The notes: a model not told the origin generated them from the sequence alone. Counted from the first letter of the stretch, positions 16,675 to 24,955 are shown. The stretch is DNA of 26,810 nucleotides from Planctomycetota bacterium (GCA_038231435.1 JBBRLJ010000060.1:1-26810); one strand, 5' to 3'. A program made the numbers and translations.

Positions 16675-17691
16675 CTACGCGGCGCCGGCTGTAAGAAGCT
16701 CAGTGAAGACCATGCGGCCATTGGCGGTGGCGTGGGTGCGCATCACGGTGGCGCGGACGGTCTTGCCCAGATGCTCGGCGCCGCCGTTGACGATCACCAT
16801 GCTGCCGTCCTGCAGGAAGCCGACACCCTGGCCCTTGCCCTCGCCTGGGCGGTCGATCGGGACCTGGATGATCTCGCCGGGCTTGATGGTCGGGATCAGC
16901 AGGCCGGCGAGGGCGGCGAGATCGATGACCGGCACGGCTTCGGCTTCGGCGCGGCGCTGCAGATCGCGATCGCCAGCGATCAGGCGGGCGTTCTCGAGCC
17001 GGCACAGGCGGACCAGCAGGTCGTCGAGGTTCGCGGCGTTAGGCACCTCGGTCTCGTCGATCTCGACGCGCGGCATGGTCAGGGTGCGCAGCTCCTTCAG
17101 GCCTTCGAGGGCGCGCGTGGCCCGGGCCTGCTCGGCCGGGTTGCCGGCATGGGAGAGTTCCTCGATGCGCGACAGCACGCGGCGGTGCACCATCACGCGC
17201 TCGGCGAACAGCCCGGTCTTCAGCAGTCCCGGCAAGCGGGTGTCGGCGAGGATGTCGGCGTCGACCACCAGCGCACCGCCCTGTGACTGTTCCGAACGGA
17301 ACTCGACGAACGGGATGACGACGCGCCAGCGGTCGATGTTGCGCAGCACGGTGATCATCACCAGGTAGGTGGTCACCAGCGCGACCGGGAGGTCGAGATT
17401 GTTGTAGAGGTCGCGGTCCTGGATGACCAGGCTCAGGACCGAGAGCAGCAAGATCGAGAGCGTGACGCCGCCGCCGAGGCCGATGAGGAAGGCGACGACA
17501 CTGCGCGCGAAGCGGCGGCGGAACGCCTGCTCGGCGGCGATCAGGGTGATGGCGATGCCGAAACCCATCGCGACGCCGAACCACGGCGGCAACCGGCCAT
17601 CCATCACCGTCTGGTAGAGATACTTGCCGCTGGTCATGCCGATGAGCATGGCGAGGACGACGAAGACGATGCGCAGGACCAGGATCAGCAT
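16675..17691 (-). CDS. Membrane PIN/TRAM-domain protein (YacL-like)
   Basis: Four N-terminal TM helices, PIN-like middle region, TRAM GEGKGQGVGFLQDGSMVIV...TANGRMVF. Confidence 0.88.
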   Translation of the reverse strand: MLILVLRIVFVVLAMLIGMTSGKYLYQTVMDGRLPPWFGVAMGFGIAITLIAAEQAFRRRFARSVVAFLIGLGGGVTLSILLLSVLSLVIQDRDLYNNLDLPVALVTTYLVMITVLRNIDRWRVVIPFVEFRSEQSQGGALVVDADILADTRLPGLLKTGLFAERVMVHRRVLSRIEELSHAGNPAEQARATRALEGLKELRTLTMPRVEIDETEVPNAANLDDLLVRLCRLENARLIAGDRDLQRRAEAEAVPVIDLAALAGLLIPTIKPGEIIQVPIDRPGEGKGQGVGFLQDGSMVIVNGGAEHLGKTVRATVMRTHATANGRMVFTELLTAGAA

Positions 17692-17696
17692 GGCTT

Positions 17697-17767
17697 TCAG
17701 TTGGGGGGCTTTTTGTTGGGGGACTGCGGCCCCCCAACATCGCGCTCCGCGCTGCCCCCCAAGAAGC
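17697..17767. repeat. Single arm (plus partial duplication) of the same double-hairpin repeat family
   Basis: GTTGGGGGACTGCGGCCCCCCAACATCGCGCTCCGCGCTGCCCCCC is nearly identical to 4117-4162. Confidence 0.85.
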
Positions 17768-17855
17768 TGGAGGACTTGCGGAGAGAGGGGGCGCGGTGCG
17801 CGAGGGTATATGCTGAGGACGACCGCGCTACTACGCGCTGCGCTCCGCTAGATAG

Positions 17856-18545
17856 CTAGGCTTTCGCGGCCACCAGGGCGTGGCTCACGCCGCCGAAGAA
17901 GGTGGCGCGGCGGGGCGCGGGGAAGCCGGCGTCGGCGAGCAGGCGCTCGGCCTCGTCGATCGAGACGAAGCGGCGGATGCTGTGGTCGAGGTAGCGGTAG
18001 GCGGCGCTGTCGCCGGCGATGAGGCCGCCGATCGCGGGGAAGACGAAGCGGCCGAAGGTGGCGTAGAAGAAGCGCGGCCACAGGCGCGTCGGTCGGAAGA
18101 ATTCGAGGATCAACAGCTGTCCGCCCGGCTTGAGCACGCGCGACAGCTCGGCGAGCGAGCGCGCGGGATCGCCGAAGTTGCGCCAGCCGTAGGCCACCAT
18201 CGCGGCGTCGAACGAGGCGTCGGCGTAGGGCAGGCGCAGTGCGTCGCCGACCGCCGCCGAGATCGGCGCGCCGGTGCGCTTGCCCGCGCCCGCCACCAGC
18301 ATCGGACGTGAGAAGTCGCAGCCATGCACGCGCGCGGCTTTGCCGCGGGCGAGTGCCTCGAGCGCGAGGTCGAAGGTGCCGCAGGCGAGATCGAGCACGT
18401 CGTTCGGAGAGCCCTCGAGCATCGCCAGGGCGGTGCGGCGCCACGCCACGTCGCGACGGGCCGACAACACCCGGTTGGCAAGATCGTACTTCGGCGCGAT
18501 GCGGCCGAACATGTCCTTGACCGCTTCCGACCCTGATTCCGCCAT
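17856..18545 (-). CDS. ubiE: UbiE/MenG quinone C-methyltransferase
   Basis: VKDMFGRIAPKYDLANRVLS, VLDLACGT.D, DFS..ML, GDALRLPY, RN...E..RVLKPGG...ILEF, AYRYL..SI; start at ATG 18545. Confidence 0.9.
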   Translation of the reverse strand: MAESGSEAVKDMFGRIAPKYDLANRVLSARRDVAWRRTALAMLEGSPNDVLDLACGTFDLALEALARGKAARVHGCDFSRPMLVAGAGKRTGAPISAAVGDALRLPYADASFDAAMVAYGWRNFGDPARSLAELSRVLKPGGQLLILEFFRPTRLWPRFFYATFGRFVFPAIGGLIAGDSAAYRYLDHSIRRFVSIDEAERLLADAGFPAPRRATFFGGVSHALVAAKA

Positions 18546-18660
18546 GTCGGGCGGATCGTAGTCCGGCGGAGGCGCCGGAAAGGCGAAACCGCCTGAACAG
18601 GCGCCTCCGGCGCTAGCGGACGAGCGGAGATGTATTGATCGCAGCCCGATCCGGCATTGG

Positions 18661-19170
18661 ATGACGCGCATGGAAACGTGGTCCATCGCCATCGACAAGG
18701 AATACCTGAAGTTCTCCTGCGCCCACTTCCTGATCTTCCCGGACGGATCGAAGGAGCGGCTGCATGGGCACAATTACCACGTCGATTGCGAGATCGACGG
18801 CGTGCTCTCTCAATTCGGGCTGGTGATCGACTTCAAGATGGTGAAGCCGATCATCAAGGCGCTCTGCGACGAGCTCGACGAGCACTGGATCCTGCCCGGA
18901 GAGCATCGCGAACTGACCTTCCGCCATCGCGACGACGCCCATACCGAGGTCGCCTACCGCGAGTGCCGCTACCTGGCGCCGACCGAGGAAGTGGTGGTGC
19001 TGCCGATCAACAACACCTCGGCAGAGAACTTCGCCGCGTGGCTGGGTCGCAACCTGTGCGCGCGCCTGCGTGACACCTTCGGGCGCGTCAGCGTGCGCAA
19101 GCTGCGCCTCGCGGTCTCCGAAACCGCCGGACAGTCCGGCGTGTACCATTTCACCGACGACACGCCTTGA
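18661..19170 (+). CDS. 6-pyruvoyl-tetrahydropterin synthase family protein, PTPS-III-type motif (start 18661 or 18670)
   Basis: FSCAHF, KERLHGHNY (Glu-x2-HGH, no Cys), GLVIDF, SAEN, V.ET. Confidence 0.85.
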   Translation: MTRMETWSIAIDKEYLKFSCAHFLIFPDGSKERLHGHNYHVDCEIDGVLSQFGLVIDFKMVKPIIKALCDELDEHWILPGEHRELTFRHRDDAHTEVAYRECRYLAPTEEVVVLPINNTSAENFAAWLGRNLCARLRDTFGRVSVRKLRLAVSETAGQSGVYHFTDDTP

Positions 19171-19238
19171 GAGCCCGCCGCCGGCGCACGCCGGGCGAGC
19201 GTCCTCAGATGCCGACAGACGCCACCTGAGGATGACCG

Positions 19239-19985
19239 CTAAGGTCTCGGTCCCTCGCGTCTGGTCACCCACGCGTCGGTCGCGTAGCGCGCTTCGAGGA
19301 TCCGCGCGCACGCCTCGGCCTCGCTCGCGGTTGGCTCATCCGCGGCGGGATCGAGCGCCAGCGCGCGCGCGCAGCCAGCGATCAGCGCATCGATCGCGGC
19401 CTCGGGCTCCAGGCCGCAGCCGGCGGTGGCCTGGCCATCCCAGGCGTTCGAGGCGAGCTTGAGGCTGCCGTGCAGCAGTACCCGCCCCCCGCGCTGCCGA
19501 GCCGCACTGCCGAGCACCTTCGCCCCCGACGGCGCGGTGAGATCCTGAGCCGCCGGGCTGGCGAAGCAGCGCGGCTCGATCTGGTAGCGGCGGTCGCCGA
19601 CGCTGGTTTCTTGTTGCGAGAGCCTCGCCCCGCGTTGGAGCAGCTCCGCGAGCACCGCCCCGTGGACGAGCGGGTACAGCTCGCGGGTGCTGGCCGGGAA
19701 ACCATGGCTGCCGCAATCGCCGATCAGGCAGTAGGTGATCTCGTGCTCGTGCCAGATCGCCCCTCCACCGGTGATCCGCCTCACCAGGGGGGGGACATCG
19801 GTGACGGCGGCGGCCAGCGCGCCACGAACGGCGTCGTGCTCCTGGAAATATCCCAACGAGACCGTCGGGCGGTCCCATCGGTAGCAGCGTAGGGTCGCGG
19901 AAGCGGCAGTTTCGAGGAGCGCTTCGTCGAACGCCATGTGCGTCGGACCATCGGCGGAGCGAGTCGGCAGGAGTCGCAGTTTCAC
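19239..19985 (-). CDS. Lipoate-protein ligase / octanoyltransferase (LipM-like)
   Basis: MAFDEALL, LR.Y.W..PTVSLGYFQ, VRRITGGGA, CF, KVLGSA; no C-terminal LplA domain. Confidence 0.85.
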   Translation of the reverse strand: MKLRLLPTRSADGPTHMAFDEALLETAASATLRCYRWDRPTVSLGYFQEHDAVRGALAAAVTDVPPLVRRITGGGAIWHEHEITYCLIGDCGSHGFPASTRELYPLVHGAVLAELLQRGARLSQQETSVGDRRYQIEPRCFASPAAQDLTAPSGAKVLGSAARQRGGRVLLHGSLKLASNAWDGQATAGCGLEPEAAIDALIAGCARALALDPAADEPTASEAEACARILEARYATDAWVTRREGPRP

Positions 19986-20094
19986 GGGCTTACGTCGCTT
20001 TCGGAAGACTGTCGGGCGGTTGTGTTTTAGCGCGGGGGGGATAAAACCCCACCCCTACCCCCGGGATTCCCGGCTGTAGGCACGGGAGCGCAGA

Positions 20095-21723
20095 ATGTCC
20101 AAGGAAGTGATTTTCGCGGGGCTGTTGGCTGTCGGCTGCTTGATCTTGGTGGTGGTCGCGTTCATCGCGCCGCACAAGCCCAAGCCGGTCGACACGGTCA
20201 AGACGGAGACTACCGAGACGGTGTCACCTGAAACCGACATCACCGCCACTACCGGCGGAACAGCCACGGGTGGCATCGCGCAGAACACCACCGTGGGCAC
20301 GACCACCGGCACGGCCTTCACCACCGCGGGAACCACGACAGGAAGCTATACCTCCGGCGGGTTCACCAGCGCCACCGGGGGCGGCACCGGATCGACGGGC
20401 GCGTTCAGCAGCACCGGTGGCACGACCACGACGTTCACCGGCGGGAGCGGCTCCACCACCGGTTTCAGCACCGGCGGCACGACTGCGGCCTTCACTGGCG
20501 GCGGTTCGACCGGTGCGTTCTCGACCGGCTCATCCACCGGTTTCAGCACGGGCGGCACCACCTCATCGTTCACCGGCGGCAGTACGTCGGGCGGACTGAC
20601 GAGCGGCGGCGGCACCACCGGCGGGACCACCACCTTGAACCCCACCGAGAAATCGCATGTCGTCGCCGCGGGCGAGACGCTCGGCGAGATCAGCCAGAAG
20701 TACTACGGCTCGGGCAAGTACTGGAAGAAGATCGTCGAAGCCAATCCCGGCCTCGATCCGAACACTATCAAGGTCGGACAGAAGCTCGTTATCCCGGCGC
20801 TGAAGGAGTCGACGACCACCGACACCCACGCCCCCACTCCTGGCCCGGGCGAGCGCACCTACACCGTCAAGAGCGGCGACTCCTATTACACCATCGCCAA
20901 GCGCGAACTCGGCCAGGCCAGCCGCTGGAAGGAGATCGAGAAGCTCAATGGCATCGGCGCGGAAGAGCTCCACGTCGGCCAGGTGATCAAGTTGCCGGCG
21001 AAGAAGGATGCGTCCTCGGGGTCGTCCACGTCCGGTTCGACCAGCGGCGATAGCCACTCTTCCGGAGCCACAGGCAAGACGCATACCGTCGCGGGCGGCG
21101 AAACCCTCAGCGACATCAGCAAGCAGTACTTCGGCACCACCGCGCGCTGGAAGGACATCGTCAAGGCCAATCCAGGCGTCGACCCCGAGGCTTTGAAGGT
21201 CGGTCAGAAGCTGATCATTCCTGACGCACCCGCCGATACGTCCTCGTCGTCATCGTCATCTTCCAATCTGGCTGGCGACGGCAGCGATTACGTGGTCAAG
21301 AAGGGCGATACTCTGCCGGTGATCGCCGAGCACGAACTGGGCGACAGGAACGCCTGGAAGAAGATCCTCGCCGCCAATCCCGGACTCGAGCCGACCAAGC
21401 TCCGGGTCGGTCAGAAGATCAAGCTGCCGGCGGGCGGCCACTCCAAGTCTCCCGCGCTCGACGATACCCGGCCGTCCCCGTCGTTCCCGTCCAGCGGCGG
21501 GAGCACCTTTGGCGGAGGCACCTCCGGGGCCTTCTCCACCTCTGGTGGCACCACGGGCGGCGCCCGTTCCACCGCCAGCGGCGGCACCGCGACTCCGTCG
21601 TACACCGCGGGCTCGGGCACCGGCGCTTTCTCCACCAGTGGAACCAGCAGCAGCACCGGTTTCTCGACCACGTCGGGGACGACGGGCGGCACGCGCCGCT
21701 CGGACACGCTCGCGCCTCCGTGA
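20095..21723 (+). CDS. Membrane-anchored protein with four LysM domains and G/S/T-rich disordered regions
   Basis: N-terminal TM; four repeats of H/Y.V..G(D/E)T(L)..I.....G....W..I...N.......VGQ.L.(I/L)P; GGGAG upstream of start. Confidence 0.92.
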   Translation: MSKEVIFAGLLAVGCLILVVVAFIAPHKPKPVDTVKTETTETVSPETDITATTGGTATGGIAQNTTVGTTTGTAFTTAGTTTGSYTSGGFTSATGGGTGSTGAFSSTGGTTTTFTGGSGSTTGFSTGGTTAAFTGGGSTGAFSTGSSTGFSTGGTTSSFTGGSTSGGLTSGGGTTGGTTTLNPTEKSHVVAAGETLGEISQKYYGSGKYWKKIVEANPGLDPNTIKVGQKLVIPALKESTTTDTHAPTPGPGERTYTVKSGDSYYTIAKRELGQASRWKEIEKLNGIGAEELHVGQVIKLPAKKDASSGSSTSGSTSGDSHSSGATGKTHTVAGGETLSDISKQYFGTTARWKDIVKANPGVDPEALKVGQKLIIPDAPADTSSSSSSSSNLAGDGSDYVVKKGDTLPVIAEHELGDRNAWKKILAANPGLEPTKLRVGQKIKLPAGGHSKSPALDDTRPSPSFPSSGGSTFGGGTSGAFSTSGGTTGGARSTASGGTATPSYTAGSGTGAFSTSGTSSSTGFSTTSGTTGGTRRSDTLAPP

Positions 21724-21826
21724 ACGGCGTGGCTGAATCCACGTTTCAGCCGTCGCCGCACGTCTGAGCCGCCCCGCGGGGCGCTCGGCCTTCCAGTCTG
21801 ATGCCATCGCGTACGGTCCTAGGCAG

Positions 21827-23122
21827 ATGGATCAGATGGACGTCGCCAACGCCACCCTGCTCAAGGATCTGCAGACCATCATGGCCGTGTCGCGGGCCAT
21901 GGGCAGCGAACGCGATCTCGACCGCCTGCTCGACCTGATCCTGCGCGCGGTCACCGATCTGGTCGGCGCCGATCGCGCGAGCCTGTTCTTCGTCGACGCC
22001 GATCGCCAGCAGCTGTGGACGCGTATCGCCCAAGGGGCGAAGGAGATCCGCCTGCCCATCGGCAGCGGCATCGCCGGCGCGGTCGCGTCCACCGGACAAC
22101 CCATCAACATCCCGTCGGCGTACGAGGACTCCCGCTTCAGCGCCGAGAACGATCGCCGGTCGGGCTACCGCACGCGCTCGATCCTCTGCATGCCGCTGGT
22201 GAGCCACACCGGAACGGTGGTTGGCGTCATCCAAGTGCTGAACAAGCTGACCCTGGCGCCGTTCTCGGCCTACGACGAGCAGATCCTCGCCACGCTCTGC
22301 AGCCAGGCCGGCGTGGCGATCGATACCGCGCAGCTCATCCTCAAGGATCTCGAGCGCCAACGCCTGGCGCGCGACATGGAGCTGGCGCGGCAGATCCAGT
22401 TGAGCCTGCTGCCGCAGAAGCCTCCCGAGGTCCCCGGCTGGCGTTTCGCGACCTGGGCGCGCTCGTGCGACCAGACGGGCGGAGACTACTTCGATTTCAT
22501 TCTCGGCGACACCGCGGGCAGAGCTGCCGATGGTCGGATCGGCGACGGCAGCGTGGACGTGGTGGTCGGAGACGTCAGCGGCCACGGTCTCGGCGCGGCA
22601 ATGGTGATGAGCACCGCGCGCGCATTCTTGCGCGCGCTGCACGGGCAGCTCGCCGACGAAGGCCGTCTGATCACGCGCCTGAACCATCTGCTGGAGCAGG
22701 ACACCAGCGACGACACCTTCATGACCCTGGTGCTCACGCGCCTGCGCCCCGACGGTTCCTGCAGCTACGTCAGCGCCGGGCACGAGCCCCCGCTGGCTTG
22801 CCGAGTTGGCGGCACATTCGACGTCATCGACCAGACCGAGCTGATGCTCGGCGTCCTGGACGACGCGGAGTACGCGGCGGTGCGGATCGCCCCGCTCGTG
22901 CGAGGCGATCTGCTGGTGTGGTTCACCGACGGCATCTTCGAGGCGCAGGCGCCTCCAGAGTTCGTCCAATACGGCATGGATCGACTACGCGCGGTGGTGG
23001 CGGAGCACGCGCCGAAAGGAGCACAGGCAGTCTGCGACGCGCTGGTCCGGGATGTCACCGCGCATCTCGGCGCCGCAGCCCCGCACGACGACATGACGCT
23101 GGTGATCGCGGAGCGGTTGTGA
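21827..23122 (+). CDS. GAF + SpoIIE/PP2C phosphatase (RsbU/RsbP-like)
   Basis: GAF (GIAGAVA, D.RSGYRTRSILCMP, IQVLNK); ARQIQ..LLP, GGDYFD, GDVSGHG, SAGH, FTDGI.E, HDDMT. Confidence 0.93.
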   Translation: MDQMDVANATLLKDLQTIMAVSRAMGSERDLDRLLDLILRAVTDLVGADRASLFFVDADRQQLWTRIAQGAKEIRLPIGSGIAGAVASTGQPINIPSAYEDSRFSAENDRRSGYRTRSILCMPLVSHTGTVVGVIQVLNKLTLAPFSAYDEQILATLCSQAGVAIDTAQLILKDLERQRLARDMELARQIQLSLLPQKPPEVPGWRFATWARSCDQTGGDYFDFILGDTAGRAADGRIGDGSVDVVVGDVSGHGLGAAMVMSTARAFLRALHGQLADEGRLITRLNHLLEQDTSDDTFMTLVLTRLRPDGSCSYVSAGHEPPLACRVGGTFDVIDQTELMLGVLDDAEYAAVRIAPLVRGDLLVWFTDGIFEAQAPPEFVQYGMDRLRAVVAEHAPKGAQAVCDALVRDVTAHLGAAAPHDDMTLVIAERL

Positions 23123-23177
23123 GCACGGGCTCTGCCAGCGGCGTCGCTCGGCTGGCCCCGCTCCAGCGGATCGAACG

Positions 23178-23666
23178 GTGAGCGGATTCCGCATCCTGCC
23201 GGGCGAGGCGCCGCGCCCCGGAACCTGCGTGTTCGAGCGCGGTTTCGCGTCTCGCGTGGATCTCAAGCAGGAGGTTCTCGACGCCATCGCCGGCGTGCTC
23301 ACCGAGCGCGGCTTGGTGTCCGAGGACGATCATCCCTGGCTGATGCTGTGCCTCGATGAAGCGGTGGTGAATGCTATGCTGCACGGCAACGAAGGCGACG
23401 CAGCGGCCTCCATCGAGGTAGCGGTGCTGGTCGACGACCAGCGCTGGACGGTGATCGTCGCCGACCAGGGCTCGGGATTCGCCGCCGATGCGGTGCCCGA
23501 CGGCGAGGATCCGCAGAGCCTGCTGCTGGAGCACGGCCGCGGCATCCGCATCCTCGCCGAATGGCTCGATGAGTTGACCTATTACCGTTCCGGTGCCACG
23601 GTGCTCATGGCCCGGCGGCGCGCCGACCGCCCCGTTCCTGGCCGGGCGGCCGATTTCCATGCGTGA
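23178..23666 (+). CDS. Anti-sigma factor Ser kinase (RsbW-like, HATPase_c)
   Basis: EAVVNAMLHGN, DQGSGF, EHGRGI. Confidence 0.9.
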   Translation: MSGFRILPGEAPRPGTCVFERGFASRVDLKQEVLDAIAGVLTERGLVSEDDHPWLMLCLDEAVVNAMLHGNEGDAAASIEVAVLVDDQRWTVIVADQGSGFAADAVPDGEDPQSLLLEHGRGIRILAEWLDELTYYRSGATVLMARRRADRPVPGRAADFHA

Positions 23667-23683
23667 TCCAGGTCCGAGCTCCA

Positions 23684-23731
23684 TTGCCGAGATATTTGCC
23701 GTGATAGTTGCCATGATCATTACCGTGAAAG
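23684..23731 (+). promoter_or_regulatory. Four tandem 12-bp direct repeats (consensus TTGCCGTGATAN), candidate operator overlapping the RBS
   Basis: TTGCCGAGATAT TTGCCGTGATAG TTGCCATGATCA TTACCGTGAAAG, then GACTCCG-ATG. Confidence 0.6.
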
Positions 23732-23738
23732 GACTCCG

Positions 23739-24098
23739 ATGCCCTGCGATTTCCTGATGACCCAGGCCTACGACCGGATCGTGCTCGCGAAGGTGATGAA
23801 GGAGCGGCTGCTCGACGCCGCGGCGATCGCCTCGCTGGCGGAGGGACTCAACGAGCTGGTGTCCCGCCATCCGCGCATGAGCCTGGTGCTCGATCTCTCG
23901 GACGTCGCCTACCTGTCGTCGGCGGTGCTCGGCAAGCTGGTCGCGCTCTACAAGGCGGTGAAGGCCGACAAGGGACGCATCGCGATCACCGGCGTGAAGC
24001 CGACCCTGATGCCGCTCTTCAAGGTGACGCAGCTCGACAAGATGATGCAATTCTTCCCTGATGCCGAGCAGGCCATCAAGCTCTACAAGATCAGCTGA
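23739..24098 (+). CDS. STAS-domain anti-anti-sigma factor (RsbV/SpoIIAA-like)
   Basis: LVLDLSDVAYLSSAVLGKLV, FKVTQLDK; AAAGGA RBS. Confidence 0.92.
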   Translation: MPCDFLMTQAYDRIVLAKVMKERLLDAAAIASLAEGLNELVSRHPRMSLVLDLSDVAYLSSAVLGKLVALYKAVKADKGRIAITGVKPTLMPLFKVTQLDKMMQFFPDAEQAIKLYKIS

Positions 24099-24134
24099 CC
24101 AATCCACCTCCTCCTGCACGACCGGTACACGCAT

Positions 24135-24199
24135 CCACTCTCCGCTCTCTGCTCTCTGCTTTCTGCTCCTCTCCCACTCCGCCGCCAACAGCGGCGGAG
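24135..24199. repeat. Heptamer tandem (CTGCTCT-like x5) followed by a GC hairpin
   Basis: ccactct ccgctct ctgctct ctgcttt ctgctcc, then ctccgccgc-caaca-gcggcggag. Confidence 0.65.
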
Positions 24200-24235
24200 C
24201 ATTCCCCGCGGCCGCCACCGCGCTAATGTCCGCTC

Positions 24236-24955
24236 ATGCGCGTCACGTTCGACCTCGCAGCCGATGCCGCGGCCATTCCCGTCCATGATTCCGATGGCAA
24301 GAGCGTGGGCGAGCTGTGGAGCCGCCGCCTCGACTGGCGTTGCCGTGATCGCCGCCTCGATCTCCAGGTCATCGCCGTCGAGCCGGTTGCGCTGCCCGAG
24401 CCGGAGCCGAGCGAGCCGCCCGAGAGCGCGATCGCCCGCATCGAGACCGCGGTCGCGCGCACCGGCACGCTGATCCTGTTGCGCAATCCCTCGGAAGCAT
24501 TCGGCCCTGGACGCATCTCGTTCACCGAGGGCGTGCGCCTGTTCTCGATCGCATCCGACGCGGACGAGGCCTGTTGGGACGCGATGCTGAGCCTCGGCCA
24601 GCCGGTCTACGGTGTGCGCGGGCTGATCGCATGCGAGGTGCTGCGGCCCCATCCGGCATCCGTGCTGTCCGCCTTGGCGTACGGGCTGTTCGTGTGCGAG
24701 GAGGGGGCGCGACTGGTGTCGCTGCTCGAGGACCGCGCCGGTGTGGCGTGGGAGGTCGCCGATGCCGCGGCCAAGGCCACGGTGGTCATCCGCGGCGGCT
24801 ACGAGGCGGCGATCCTGACGGGCGCTTCCGGCTCCTGGAAGGACCGCGGCAACGAGGGCTACGTGCGGGTGGTGGTCCGCGCGGGCGAGGGCGCCTGCTG
24901 GACCCAGCCGCGCTTCATCGCCTCCACCGTGCCGGCGTCGACGACCGGAGCCTGA
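24236..24955 (+). CDS. Hypothetical protein resembling the C-terminal part of PHP (CehA/McbA-like) metallohydrolases
   Basis: WDAMLSLGQPVYG, SVLSALAYG.F, GYVRV......AC WTQP.F pattern; metal-binding His motifs not visible. Confidence 0.55.
   Translation: MRVTFDLAADAAAIPVHDSDGKSVGELWSRRLDWRCRDRRLDLQVIAVEPVALPEPEPSEPPESAIARIETAVARTGTLILLRNPSEAFGPGRISFTEGVRLFSIASDADEACWDAMLSLGQPVYGVRGLIACEVLRPHPASVLSALAYGLFVCEEGARLVSLLEDRAGVAWEVADAAAKATVVIRGGYEAAILTGASGSWKDRGNEGYVRVVVRAGEGACWTQPRFIASTVPASTTGA

Noticed and set aside
18546..18669. preQ1 riboswitch upstream of a presumed queD
   Set aside because: No preQ1 stem with A-rich tail is visible, and the gene has a PTPS-III motif.
20034..20040. G7 tract in the lipM/LysM divergent promoter as a phase-variation switch
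   Set aside because: Too short to be significant in a GC-rich genome.
23684..23731. Mini-CRISPR interpretation of the direct repeats
   Set aside because: Units are 12 bp, contiguous, with no spacers and no cas genes.
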